From Antedon mediterranea (Eukaryota > Animalia > Echinodermata): DNA of 64,000 bases. Made by a program: the position numbers and the translations under genes. Position 1 is the first letter of the stretch. Each line of letters opens with the position of its first letter. This document shows, piece after piece, positions 37,001 to 63,128 of the stretch. The stretch lies in assembly GCF_964355755.1 (NCBI RefSeq), contig NC_092670.1:23732795-23796794 (forward strand), read 5' to 3'. The notes under the pieces were generated by a model, which worked only from the letters and a program-made list of their open reading frames with translations, ran no database searches and was not told the origin of the DNA.

Positions 37001-37693
37001 TGCGGGCTGTTCCCTATAGCATAATGAATAAGTCTGTCAAAATGAATGGGTTTTTGAAAATCACAAATTATTGATAAGACTGTTCAGTACCTGATCGCCG
37101 GCTTTTGAAAATCGTCTCTTATCTTTTAACTCTAGCAGGTCTTAAAATAATATTAACAAGTGGTCCATAATTGGTCCGGATTGCCTTCAAAATTTAATGG
37201 AGTGGTCCTTGACCATATCTATCTGTGTTTTCAATTTGGTAAAGATCTGGAAATACATGACAGACAGACACACACACACATACACACGTGATTGACTAAA
37301 TAACCTCCTTTGAGAAGGTAAACAAGGAAAAAAATATTGGTTGTTATATCCTATAAATATCAATACCAAATAAGAAGAAAACAGGGTCTCTCGCCCAGTT
37401 AATATCAATTAGAAGAGAAAAAAAAATTACCCACCTTCGTATGGACATGCCTTGAAGAGACCAGCATGCAACCTAACCCACGCTTGCAGTGTTGAGTCGG
37501 GAAAGTCTCTATGATAAGCCAATTCTCTGGTCTCAATCCAGTAGTCGCTGAAAAGACCTCCTATCAGCAAGAACACAGTCAGGTATCCAAGACCTAGCAT
37601 TGCTATCGTCAGCAATGGCTGCTTTTTGGACCCCAGGGTAAGTTCTGGTAGTTTTCGCATACTGGTGAACTCTTCTGATGGAAACAAAACCAT
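31912..37693 (-). CDS. CACNG5/7-like: Voltage-dependent calcium channel gamma subunit / TARP-like protein (CACNG5/7-like, PMP22-claudin superfamily), 317 aa
   Basis: Exons 37693-37435, 34476-34378, 33275-33186, 32812-32663, 32267-31912 total 954 nt, all introns phase 1. Four hydrophobic segments. Motifs SDYW, HAGLFKAC, RHWIFIAGLIFIISGLLMMISLIVFCSCINHAV and FSYYFSASF...SEMSGVSAMYLYI parallel vertebrate gamma-5/7 (TDYW, HSGLWRxC, GLSLVVGLVLYISSINDE, YGWSF..KEGAGVMSVYLF). Confidence 0.88.
34049..34082. repeat. (TA)n microsatellite
   Basis: About 17 TA units. Other TA tracts occur at 26535-26567 and ~51970-51985. Confidence 0.9.
36848..37322. mobile_element. Non-autonomous Helentron/DINE-1-like (HINE) element
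   Basis: Begins AACTAGAAATGCACTC-CGA-GAGTGCAT (hairpin) then ACCTCCGCCAAGGAGGT; internal (GACA)/(CA) microsatellite; ends TAACCTCCTTTGAGAAGGTAAA. Confidence 0.65.
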
Positions 37694-39770
37694 AGTTGCT
37701 ATTATTCCATTACTAATACGGTCTTACAATTGACCAATATAAATATTTGACGTTAAAAATACAGTTATCGTTTCAGTATCAAAACAGTTTAACTAAGCAT
37801 ATAACACACATAAAATTCTCTCTAGGTATAAATAATACCAAGTTAAGTCCAGTTTTCACCGCTGTATCACATTGCAGTCAGCAAGTGTTTGGCCTAGACA
37901 TATTGGATAAAACAGCTGACGCGAAGCTTTCCAAAATAGTATTCAATTCAAGCATCTGATTCAGTTAAGAGCATGTTCAGATGACATAGTCGAACAAGTT
38001 TATCTCATCAAATGAGAGAACTGTGTATCTATAAACTTTATAGTCTGAAACAACGGTTTTGTTGAAAAAAAACCCCGGTGAGATGAAATGACGTTCAAAT
38101 TACATTAGTAAACCAACGAATGGGAGTTTAATATTGGATAATAACATCACTACTGTAAAATTAACAACCATGCTATTTTATCGATCGACTTGAAAATAAA
38201 TCGCCGTTTTTATCGAAAAGGGTCGTTAATCCTGACATTTTGACTTCTATCAAATAGGGCGTTAGTCATACGTTACCAAAAGTAACATAACGTATGTTTG
38301 AAACCCAAATAGACGTACGATTAAAATGTAATAGTAGTCTAATGTGGAAGAAATAAGCAGTTTAAAAACTGATTGACGCACGAAGATTGTTGGTTACATC
38401 TACTTATTATACAGTTAAGTAGCTATTCAAATGACCGACATCATTACAACTATTACTCATAATTAACAATAATACGATTCAACAAACTAAATAAAATCAG
38501 ATGAATAAACTATTATGAATAATATTACGTATGCAGTACTTACCGTAGTTGACTTGTGAATGTATAGGCGCACACGTCGAGCGAGAGGCCTTATTAGACC
38601 TGACTGTTGATGTAATTACTCTAGAGACGTTTTCAAGATTGCTAGTAGTAAATAATAAATGAATTCAGGCGTAATGAATTTTAATGAACGTAAGGGAATT
38701 AAGAACGAAAAAGTCAACATTACGTTACATGGATAATTGTGACGTATATAATTATGCCTGTTCTACCAGCTGGTTCTACGAACGAAACTTAATTGTACGC
38801 TAATTAACATTATTTATTAAACACGTTTACCGCATAATAACTGTATGTATGTATTAAGTTTATAAATGACTTGAATTATTTTAACATTGGCCTATTTACA
38901 ATATTTCAGCATTGTCCTATTGTGTTTTTGCTATGTTTTCTTTGTAGTTTTATTGTCTTAATCATGCCAAGCAAAATAAATGTTTGGACCAATAACATTT
39001 CTTGAATCTTGTAATAAAATCATCAGAAAAAAAAGGAACATTGCGTTTCTCGACACCAATCATATTGTTGCAAGCGATTCGTCAAGTACCTAAATAAAAT
39101 GACGTTAAACCTGCGTCGAACAAGTCTTATAAATAATAATAATAGGTGATTGTTGAAGCACTACCTGGGTTTAGAACCTAGTATTGCAAAGTTGTAACAA
39201 ATACGTGCTCAAAAATTAATGATATAAATATAAATTTTTAAAAACACATCACTTTATACAGATTGCACCTAATTCGTTTCTACTAGTTTGTGCTAAGCAG
39301 AGACGCTGACGCATAAATCAACATTGCGTTTCACCTCGTCAACTTCTGTACATCCATGCATCACATGATTTTATGAATTGCAATAATAAATATTTTAATG
39401 TATAAGCGCCTTAATCTGGATTAATGAGAGAGTTGACCACGTGTTGTGTATTAAAAGCATCGTAACAAGTAAAAATAGCTGGTTTGTCGATTTAATTACA
39501 ACTAACACGTAGCGAAGCATTTTAAGAAGTTATATTAATGTAACTAGTAATGCTAATCATCTACCGTTGCATTTAAAGTCATAGCGGCTAAAACTGTCCT
39601 TTCAGTATCTCCGACTTTTGAAAATGAATCTTGTCCACACATGATGACGCTGTATAGTACGCGAATACTATTCACATTCACATATCTCCAAAACGATCAC
39701 AAAAGTTTCACAATCAAATTAATGTATAGGCCTATTCTATACGTGGAAGCTAGATAAAACCTTAACCGGC

Positions 39771-39788
39771 TATTGCGCATGCGCAATA
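39771..39788. promoter_or_regulatory. Perfect 18-bp palindrome containing the NRF1/P3A2 consensus, ~2.1 kb upstream of the CACNG-like ATG
   Basis: TATTGCGCATGCGCAATA contains TGCGCATGCGCA. Function is not demonstrated. Confidence 0.35.
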
Positions 39789-42700
39789 TTTTTACCGACT
39801 GAGCTGAATAATACAAATTTATCGAATTTCGGAACTCAGGTATGATAAAATTAATGCATGAAGTAAAGAATTTCAAGATGTGAAATTTCCATATCGATAG
39901 GGGGCGACATACTCAGATTAAAATTTATATATTTTATTATTCTTTTGGCATTTTACAATTTTGTCTTCGTGTATTGTTACCTGCTTATTTTATTTCTGTT
40001 TACTCTCTCATTTATTGTCTAAGTTATAATGAAATGAAATGTCAGATGAACATTTCCATATCGATAGGGGGCGACATACATACGTAACATTTACATTGAT
40101 TTAATTCACACTTTGCGTTGTTTTATGATGTTTTATTGATCGATTTCAATTCACTCATAGGATAAATTAATAGTTGTTTGTGTTTTGTTATGTTTTTCTT
40201 TTTTTTATTGTTCTCATATATTTGTTGGTGACCATTATACGACGCCTAATATATCGAACGGGTTCCTTTTTAAAAATGAAGAAAAATGTTAATAAAACAA
40301 AATTGCATATAGTCCAAGTTCATAACACATACATCCCATTTATTATTCGTACACAATAGTATATAATTTGAACAATTTTCATAACAATCGGTGAAATAAT
40401 TAATTACCTATATCCTGCGTCCACTACAAATTTCATAGCGATGTGAAATATAAATATTGATTAAAAAAGACCATATTGGTTACACGTTTATCTACACTAA
40501 CAATATTAATACAATAATCTCAAAACCATCTTTGCTAATAATTAATAATATCACACTATATTTTCTACAATAGGAATGTAAATGAATATTTCTTACAATA
40601 AAACTCAAATTTGAAACTAAAAAAATGTCTTTTAGGTAGTTCAATATTATGTCTAACAAGGTTCTTTAAAGCAGATTGGCGAACTTTCCGAGTCAAATAG
40701 TCGGTTGTGTGAGGCGTCGTGAAGACAAACGGTTGCTAATTGGCTAATTCATGACGGATTCAGGAAAAAAAACCCGTAAAATGTATTATGCAAATATTTG
40801 TATAGCTCTACGTAATCACTGGTTTCCAAAAAGAAAGGATTGATAAAGCAAAAGAAATCAATTAAATGTGAACAAAATAAAAAACACGGTGACAAGAAGA
40901 ATAAGAAAAAACAGGAGGAAGACCAGAACGGACCAAGAAAACGAGTGATAAAAACAAGATGAAGACCGACTACCTCAAGTCATCATTGAATTCATTGAAA
41001 GCCCGGGTTTTCTATAAAAGATAGGTTTTTGGTATGATAATACCGATAATTTAAAAACAATTTATCACACCACTATTAGGATAAACAACGAACGAGCAAA
41101 GGCATAACGGTGGAAAAAATGAAATTAATCCACAGATAAACAGCATCACAAAATTTATTTCCAAATTAAAACAATAGATTATTACTTTAATCATGATTGC
41201 AAACAAACATTGCCATTAAAATACTTCAGCTGAAATACCCAGGTCTTATATATAAATTCTGTAAAAAACTAAAACAAATATAAAAACTTAATCTCCAGAC
41301 TGTTTTACTAAACCCGAATAATTCACTACGATACTATTAATTAAACAGTATCAAAATATTTACACCGACAATGGAGCGTTACTCTCCATAAAACATACAT
41401 TGCACTAAATTGACTTAAACAATCTGAGCAATCAACGCCGTTTTCCATGAGGCGAATTTCTTGGCGGGAATAACAACACAATATACTGTATTCAATATCG
41501 TGTGATGCGTTTAGAAAGCTATGGTTAGATTTTATACCGCAGGAATAAAGTTTAGGATTTTTGGCAAGTTTTCAGTATTAAAAAACAAATCATTTCATCA
41601 CAGTTTGAAGATGCGCGTTAAAGAGAGTTGTTGCAGATTGTGATGTCACTGATGATGAGTGACTTCGAAAACTAGAAATACCCGAATAACCTTAAAGTCC
41701 CGGAACGCAAAATAAAAGTTTCGCCTATTAGAAAACAGCTTAAGTCTAACTAATCTAACATATTTATAATTTTTTTGCATCATATACATATAGTGATTAT
41801 TTATATAACTTTCATTTGTAAATGATATACTATAATAAAACTTTCTCAAAATGAAAATAAGCTGAAAAGAACAAAACATTTTTCAGTAAAATAAAAAAAA
41901 TGTCCGATTCTGTCCGAATTGCTATTGAATTAAACCAATTAAGGTATCTAAAATATAAAACATTTTACCACGAGAGAATTTATAAGAAACTCATAAACAA
42001 ATAGACGAGACAGATTCCAAACATTTAATGGTATTAAAAACTGTCAAGGTATAATATATATCCAGAAGATACATTAATTAATGTATTTGATCTTATAGCT
42101 GAAGGAAATTTAGCAATAAGCAAACCACAATTTGTTCGTGAAGTGTATTTAAGAAATAAATAAATTAATAATGAAACAAAAATAAAATTAAACGGTATGG
42201 TACGTAAGTAATGGAGAAATGCACCAAACTGAATTTCTGATGATGTAACATATATAAATTAGCATATCTAAATTGGCATCCTATTTTGTATTTATTCGTA
42301 CCAATGATATGAACTAATTACCATTACTATACTGTACTCATAGAAAAATAGCCGACATACGGGCCCTGTACTAATATATATACGTATCTCATAAGAGAGC
42401 AACGTGTAATCGCACTAGATTTATAATATTAATCAGGCCTATGCTCTACAATAATAATAATTATATTACAATTAATACTTATAAGCGATCTAACAAATCA
42501 ATTTAATAGGACACGTTACCAAACCATCACTTTATTTTACGATACATTACCAATATACTACTGATGTGTACTGATCACTTTAATTGTTCGTAGGCACGAC
42601 ATTGTTATAATATGCAAATCTGTAACTCAGAAGGTGCACTTCACGTTTCAATGATTCTTATTAAAAAAAATGATTTTTTTTTTATTAAATAATATTGAAT

Positions 42701-45205
42701 TCTAACGGTTAATGTACATACAATGGTAAATACTGATTTTTCAGTACTTGAACCTGATAATAATTTATTTATTTATTTATTTATAATTTAATATTACTAC
42801 AATAATTATATAAACACTTTTAGGATGAAAACAAAATGTTATACAATGTTTAATAATTAAACATTGGTATAATGTTATAATCATAACACAACTGCAGTCC
42901 ACATTGAAAATAAAATGTATAAATATTAGTACAGCATTATACTAATGTATTTTTTTAGTTCATTAATAATATTTCTACTCTATAAATAGATCTATACAGA
43001 TCAACAAACCATGTTCTTTTGAGGGCAGGGTTTAATAACATCTAATGGTTTTATAGTTGGCACTTTTAATTTCATGCTAATATATACTGCAATTATTTTT
43101 TTTTTCGTAATTTCAACTTTTTTAAAAAGTTCCCTGTTGTAGCTGAATAAATTAATTTGTTCATTTAGCAAGTAAAAAGTAAGAAAATATTTTCTGTATA
43201 GCAAAGTTATAGGGTAAAAGTTAAATTACCTCTCTGAAAAATATGAAATTAAAAAGAATAGTGGTCAGTAGTAGTCTTTACTAAACCCTTTTGAGTATTA
43301 TTTTGTATAAAAAGAAGTTTGTTTTTTATATAAAATATCTAATGATATTTAATAATCAAAACTCAAGGTTCTTCAGCAAAAAAAAAAAATATGAGCTCTT
43401 ATCACACAATCGATATCAAATTGTACTAAATAAGAAAATAAAATAAAACCTGACCTAAGATGAAATAGCAGATTCTTGGTATTTTTATAATTTAAAAAGT
43501 ATCAGAGCAAAATTCTGTAATACATGATCATGATCACACGTGACATCTGTACCTTACAGTAAAGTATCTAGTTATAGTTATAAAGTCTACAACAAATAAA
43601 TCCTGTAGCATAGCAGATGATGATGATGAAATACATTTGATACTATAGAATTCTCATAATTTCAGATACTTAATAATTACTATATCTGCAAATGGCAATG
43701 ATTTTACTATATTCTAATTGTTTTTTATAATTCTTTTAGGCACTATTTTCCTATAGTTTTAAAAGATAAGGGAAACAGATACACGAATTATATGACTAAT
43801 TTCATTAGTTAACCATTTTCCAAATAGTGGTACTCCAGACAACTTTTGAACAGTTTTGGAAAAAAAATGTCCAGGTGTTCTTTGTAACTTATACTTATTA
43901 ATTAACTATTAATTACAGTAAGGGTATTAATAATTACATTTTCACATATAAATAATGTGTTCTGTAGCCAGATATTAACATTTACTACTTACAGTACTAG
44001 AGTCCGTAAATGTAGTTAGAAATATGCCTACAAGTGAGTCATTGCTATTCTGTTGTTTAAGATTACATTATAACTTGATCATAGTGTTTTAAATATTGCA
44101 TTTTTATTATATCACATAACCTGAAATTTGTTACTCTATTGCTTCCTAATGCATGACCAAAACTTATGTTTGAGGTGGGGAAACCTTTAATTCCCTTTTA
44201 GCCGAGGTATATACTTTGCGGAAAAATTTAGAGTTCAATTTCACAGTCAGGTCACAGAGAAGTAAAAATATATTCACTAATAGATGCCATTTTTGATGTG
44301 AAAGTAAATAGTTGTGGTTTATTCTAGGTTTTTAAATTTCAACATTTCTAATCCCAACCAACTCTATTATAAAATGTATTTACTGTTCTACGTAATTCTT
44401 TGCATTTTGTAACATATATGTATCATGTAAATAATCTTCTGGTATACTTTTCATTTTGGTTATTTGATATCGAAATCTTTCTATTTTCTGTATTCATGGT
44501 CTAAAAATTTGATACAATCATGATCAATCACTAATAAATGTACACTTTAAAAGACTAAAAGATTTTATAAACATTTTAAAATTGTTTTTATGCTACCTAA
44601 AATATTTCATAGTGTATGACATGTAACAGGCAGTTTAGAATTTACTGAAATAGCATAACAAACTCTGTTTTTTTAGATTTTATGAACATCTAAGTATTAA
44701 GTGACCATGTTTTTTCTTTTATCTTTGCTCTCTTATTTGATGAATTAATAGTGATTTTATGCTTTTATTTCCGCTTTAGCAATACTGAATATTAAATTTT
44801 ATTTGCACACTATACACCTATAAATATTCATTGGATTTTTTTGTTTCAACTTCTACTTAGCATTTAGTAACTAATTCCTATATCCTTTGATCTTACAGTG
44901 TTACTACTTGTAATATAAATATCTTAAACGTTATCTCTCGTAATTCTCCCGATTCCCAACCCATGTATTGTCAATGGCCATACTTAGAAGAATTTTCTAT
45001 AACATATGATCATTGATTGATTCCTTACTATAGTTTTTAATTAAGGTTTAATATGTCTTCTTCAATAATGCGTATGATTAACATTATGTGTCTCTCTAAA
45101 GGAGTCCCAATTTGATGTAAAATAATGATTAAATTACCGACAAAATTAACCACTTTGAACCGATTGAAGATGCATGGAGTACAAACCGGGAGAATTATTT
45201 GCAGT

Positions 45206-56874
<11,669 letters not shown>

Positions 56875-59800
56875 TTAGAACCTACTGCAAATCTATTCTT
56901 GTAACAATTATTTAAAAAAAAACCTAATTAGTTTAGAACACGAAGTATAATTCCGATTTTTGTACTTCAAAGATATCCGATGAAAAATAAATAACAAAAA
57001 TGTACAGTAAAAACCATTAAAGAACATACTATTTGTTTTACAGATAGCACCATTAACATGTTTCTTAATTGCCAGCTTGTTATTTGAAGTCTTTTTTTGT
57101 ACAATCTAACGTAAATTTTTATTTCAGATACTTTTATCAACTAATGTATCTATTTATAGGTAATTGTAATACACATGAATACATACATGAAACCTTTATA
57201 TACACTGTACAAAAGAATAATAATGTTATTAATTGTGTAATATCTTTTTTATGTACTCAAACTAATGGTAAAAACTAAATACTGTAGTATCCAACCGGAT
57301 ATAGTTTTATAGATTTTTATTAATACTATTGTGAATATATTTTTATGACTGCACTATAAAATACACCCAAAATATTTTCCTTACATAGAATACAAAGGAC
57401 ATAATAAACAGAATTCTGAATATTTTCTTTTAAGAACTACAACAACAGAAATATTTGCCTGAAATAACAGCCTTACAAACAACAGATTTTAATTTAAACA
57501 CAAAGTGTAACAATTCGATCTATTCAAGAATCTAAAATATTACAAAGTGTTTTTTTTGTTGATTTATTTGACATTTGGCTCGGTTATCATTTATTCTCAG
57601 AAATCTATTTTGAAAAATTAGCTACGTGTCCTAAAATGAACTATACAAAATTGTATGTAATAATGAATTCCAGCCGAAAGTAAACCAATTTTATATTGTG
57701 TCATTTGATTTAAACAATAAATTTACATGCAGTGAAGCCTGTGCTGTATAACATTGAAAATAAAATTGTACAGTAGTTGAATTCTAAGTCTATAATGTTT
57801 ACAAGCAATATATCATTATTGTATTGCGCAAAAACAATCAAATACAGTCGCCAAATCTGGTTGAAATTATTTCTACTGAATACTGATCAATGTATGCTAA
57901 TAAAGAATTTTCGCAAGAATTACCATAGCAGAACATTCAGATATTAACCATTAGGTTGGGAAAAAATTCATATTAATAGTGTATATAGTAAAATAAATTC
58001 CTATTTTTTTCTTTTGGAGCTGAGGGTTTAGTGTTAAATAGGAAATAAAATATCAAGAATGCAAATGTTCATATCAACTAAAATAGTTTATTTTTAATTT
58101 ATTGCATTTTTACATTTAATGCAACAAATTTATTTTTTGGCACAAGCCAATTTAAAATTATTATTTTTTTTTCAAACTGAAAAAGAATCCTTCAGCTTAA
58201 TTGCCTCCTTTAGGGCACCTATATTCTGGGGACTTTTGTTTGGGAGTCCTGAAGGTTCCCCCTTAAGGTGCCCCCTTAATAGGGGTTCCACTATATTATG
58301 GAATCGTACACATTTCCATTTCATGTTTTCCAAAACTGTTACAAAACTCAAATCTATTTCTGTAATTATCTATGTCATAAGAGCATCTTCATTTAGATGA
58401 TTGAAAATGGAAAGGAATATAAAGAAAGGTTGAGTACCCCCAGTCATGCTGTTGATACAGATGTGTTGATTTTTACTTCCCAATGGGCATGTTCTCATTG
58501 TACGCTATTTATGCTAGGGGGCGTGAATCGAATTGTAGTAAGTAGGTCAAATATTATTGATTACGTCATGGAGCATTACCAAGATACATATTTACATTTG
58601 CGAAAGCTTTCATGTTAAAACACAGATTTCAAAGTACGGCCGACTAAATTATTGTTGTTCCTAATTACATGACGATAATAAAAAAATAACAATCCAATCG
58701 ATCAATTGCAGGATGAAATATAAAGATGTTATTGATGAATTAATCTTAATATTTCCTTTATCATTTTATACTGTAGAATCCTCCTTTTAGGCACTCGTAT
58801 TTTGTTTTGTTTTATTAAATTTTCCACAAACATTAAATCATACAGTTGTACATTCTGATAAAACATAGATTAACAGAAACATGAGTGTGGATGGAGGTCA
58901 AATAAGTTTAAAGAAATTTAAAGCTGACCCCCATTTCAAACATTATACATACATTATAATAATTATAAAAAAAGATAATAAAGAAGTAGAAAAAAACATG
59001 AATAAAAAATTTTTAAATAAACAGAGTAGAATTCGGATATGGGATAAAAAGCAAATATGCTTATGGAAATATGTAAAATCATGGCACAGATTATAATAAT
59101 AATAACAACAACAATATAATGGAAATGTAATCGATACACTATTTGAGAGAAAAGGAAATACAAAGACAAAACAAATCAGATTGTGCATGTCAGGCAATTA
59201 CTCACCATATGTACAGACCAGAGATTTCTTGGGGTTATATTTAAAATTAGCAATGGATGGTTTGTTTTTTAATTCAATCATATTAAGGGATACTTTCACA
59301 TTATAGGAACAAGCAGTTCATACAACTTCTATTCAGGAAACCCCCCTATTAAGACGACAACTGTTACGTCCTAAAGAAGTTCTACTGCATTTATAACTTG
59401 CTACATACATAAAGCTTCTTGTGATGAACACTAACAACATTACTAACCAAAACAAGCAACAGCTGCACATCAAAAAACATTATCACATTATACACTAAAT
59501 ATATATTATTTTACAACAAATGAGGTCATGGGGTTTAAATAACTAAGAGAAATGTATTCATAAAAAGACTGACTGAGACAGCTGACTCTATACATGGCAA
59601 ATGTAGCCATTATACGAACTATATATTGCATCTTCCACCTTTAATGACGTAGATTCATTTCATAATTTTATATTAAGATTCAGCACATTTTTAGTTACCT
59701 GAAGAAAGAAATGCAACATGGAAAGGAATTTGGAGGTGTTGATTTGGAGCAGGGTTTACATAATACATCCTAATAGCATGTTTTGTTTCTTTAACAAAAT

Positions 59801-61015
59801 TAAAATTAAGTTAATAAAAAGACTACATTATGACTGTTGCCTGAAGGCAAGTATTCAGTATGACGTCAATGCTTATAATTATTATTCTTTGGTACAGTAT
59901 ATTAAATTAAATTATTAATTATTGGTGAATTGAATAACTGTTTCAATATGTGACAATCTGTATAAATATACACATAAACAAAAATTCTTTGGGCGTGGTG
60001 TTTTTTCTCCTGACATCGGACAGGATTTGAACCAGTGAAGCTGGAATTGGTAGGCATGTAACAAGCTATAACTCCACAATAATTTTAAACTACAGTATTC
60101 TTATAATTCTGTGAGACACAATATTCTAAAACCACAAAGTACTTTGCTTCAGGGATAGCAGCATTCAATATCTTTCCATCTCATAGACATGCTAAAATCA
60201 ATATATTTCTCATAAACGTGATACCTGTATGTACCAGCCTTCAACTTGTCAGTCCTTGTCTACCATTAACAAGTGTTATTACATTTTATGTCATTTATGC
60301 TTTCACTCAAATAATGAGATAATTATTGTGCATTCGGTTGATTTGCATTGAAACATTGTAATATAGTAGCATTGACAATTGACTCTCCGACAGACACTCT
60401 ACACAATTCTGTATAATTCACTGTTGACCCTAGTTGATGTCATTTTATCATAACCATAAAATTAATCAATAACAATTACATTATTTTCAGTTATGCAGCT
60501 TGTTTGAATACTAAACAGAAAACTCTGAACAGGCTGGGTAGTAAATCATTAATTTATGCAATATATCCAGAATATTCTGACATTATGATTCTTTTCAATC
60601 TTGCATTATTAGTATTCATATTTCTTCAACCGTGTAGCTGGCATCTTGCAGCAAATCCACATGTCAACACTGGTTCTACAATTGATCTTTTTCCCCAGGC
60701 TGGTCACCAAGTTACCAGCTCAGACACAACTCTTCCCTCACCCCTATTTGCCCTCTCTTTCATATTTCATAATTTCTAGTAGGTCCATATGTAATTCTTT
60801 GTTAAGTCATACTGTATGTGCCATCCAACTGATATCAGTAGGACTATTAACATATGTGTATAGCAGCCATCTTTAACAATTTGTTTGTTTGCCAAGGTTT
60901 CACATTCACAAAGTAGGATGTTGGATATGTACAAACAATTTTGTATGACTCCGAAAGATGGAACATAAAGATAACTAATAAAGGAATTTTGGGAAGAACA
61001 GAAAGGGCAATGATA

Positions 61016-62600
61016 AACTAGACATGTAACTCGTCACTTTGACGAGTTAGTTATCCGCACCACACAAACGCCACGTGCACGTCATACGTTGACAGTTTGC
61101 ACACAGAAAAAGATTATGGCATTATGACCTGAACTGAAGAATATGATATGCTGTTTAGTGCTGAATTCTGTCAATTTTGTGTCATATGGTATATACAGTG
61201 CAAACGGTATAATCTGTATACTACATACAGTGTAGAATAGGTGAAATTACGGGACCAGCTATTTATTCCAATTTTTAACATGGCGACGGTATCAAAATGA
61301 AAAACTAAGATAGCAATTTCGGAAGGAAATTATCTCAGCAACAACATATTAACGTATTTAAGAAATTTGAATATGTGAAATATTGATGCGCGCTCTTTTA
61401 AATGTAATGAACTATGATGCAAAAGATGAAAATACGACTTTTTTTATTTAACTGGCCATATGATGACGTCACAACATCTAATTGGCAAAATGTTCACATG
61501 AATTCGTATCTACAATCCAATAGCTTCCTGAAAATGTTTTAATCATGATTATCACGTTTTATTCTGACGAGCTATAACAGATTGAAATTTACTGTAAAGA
61601 TGAAAATAAGTGACCCAGGTTATCTACATTTTTAGACATCATTACGTCATAAAAATTAAAATATTTTTAACTCATGCGAAAGATAGTTGATTGACCTAGA
61701 AAATATAAAAATCGGGATGAAAATGAAAAACCGATAAGTGGAGATGCGCTCTATTAAATGTGATGAGCTATGACAAAAGATACAAAAATCCTATATTTTA
61801 TATTCGCGTGGCCATACGATGACGTCACAATGTCCGGTTAGCCATATTAAAGCATGAACCGATATCTACAACTCATCAACTTCCAGAATATGTAATAAAA
61901 ATAACTTTCACCGTTTAGTTTAGAAACTACGACTGTTTAAAAAAGGGCATGATTTTGACGAATTTTTGAACTTTTTCATCAAAAACATGCGCAAATTGTC
62001 CAATTCGACGTGCTCGTATTGACGTAATTTTAAGTCGAAATGGTTCCATATTTGGTAAAATTACTATAAAAGGCTGGAAAAATATGATTTATGTAAAACA
62101 TTGACGTATTTCACGCTTTGTGTACACCGCGCGCGCAAAAATTTGCGCATCCGTGGGAATTTTTGACATGCTTAAAATGACATGAAACGCGTAAAAAGTT
62201 GATTAGAAATAAATTTTGCGCATTTTGAAATTTTAAATGCGCGTGCGCGCGTAACTTCTTGTAAAACATGCCATTTTTAATCCACAAAAAGTTTGCCCTT
62301 GATATGACTTAAATTTTCACAAAGTGTAAAAAAAAAATTATGTTTGGTTTTTAATCTATGATCAATCATTGAAATTCATAAAATCGCACGTAAGTCATGT
62401 TGCGCAACTCTGACGTATTTAAAAAATACATGCTGCACAACTTCATATAAATGTTCATATGTTGACAAAGTTATGAAATGTTATGTTAACACATTTTAGA
62501 GATACATGAGCCACAAAAAAGTGGAGGAAAGAAAGAAGAAAAACATAGAAATTGATCCAGTACAGTTACAAGGAGTTATCCGCTCAATGCGGATAACTAA
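61016..62600. mobile_element. ~1.6-kb non-autonomous Helentron/DINE-1-like element with an internal ~360-bp duplication
   Basis: 5' AACTAGA, palindrome AACTCGTCA-CTT-TGACGAGTT, then sub-TIR TAGTTATCCGC. 3' hairpin AGTTATCCGC-TCAAT-GCGGATAACT. An internal block GATGCG..CTCT...TGGCCATA.GATGACGTCACAA recurs at ~61385 and ~61743. Confidence 0.75.
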
Positions 62601-62619
62601 AAAGATGTGTGGAGAGGAG

Positions 62620-62945
62620 CTCATAGAACACTAGGAATAAATGAAACAATGATGTAAAAGGATTGTTATGAGGAGTAGTTTTAAATGGATGGGACATATT
62701 CTAAGAAAGATGAAGATGAACCAGTATTAAAGAGAGCTCAGATTTGGAGGCATGTAGATGAGAAAGAGGCCTATGGCCAAACGTTATGTGGAAAGATATG
62801 GTAAAGAAAGAAGGAAAGTTGGTTTGGAGGAACATGATGCACAATACAGGAAGAAGTTGAGAGATTGTGTAGCAGCCTCAAATGAATGATAGTCAGTAAC
62901 TCTTTGGAAAGAGAGAAAGCTGGCTCAAATAAAAGATGATGATGA
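62620..62945 (+). mobile_element. Highly decayed RTE-like LINE 3' remnant
   Basis: RSSFKWMGHILRK matches the R..L.W.GH..R motif of RTE C-termini; purine-rich tail ending in (GAT)n. Confidence 0.4.
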
Positions 62946-63128
62946 AAGCAGGATGTTCTCCACCGTTACCTGAAACTGTTGCAATTTCATATCTTTTCCA
63001 AGTTTGGATGTCTAGATTTTTTCTTTCTACTTTTCATATCCCCAGCAGAGTTTTTCATACAGGTATGTAAATCATAAACTTCCATCAATCTTCATTTTAA
63101 CACACCCAGAAAAAATAATAATAATAAT

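Noticed and set aside
40174-45037. Short Phe/Ile/Lys-rich ORFs between the CACNG-like gene and PKC
   Set aside because: Composition is typical of random AT-rich sequence, probably PKC 3' UTR and intergenic DNA; no motifs or exon chains.
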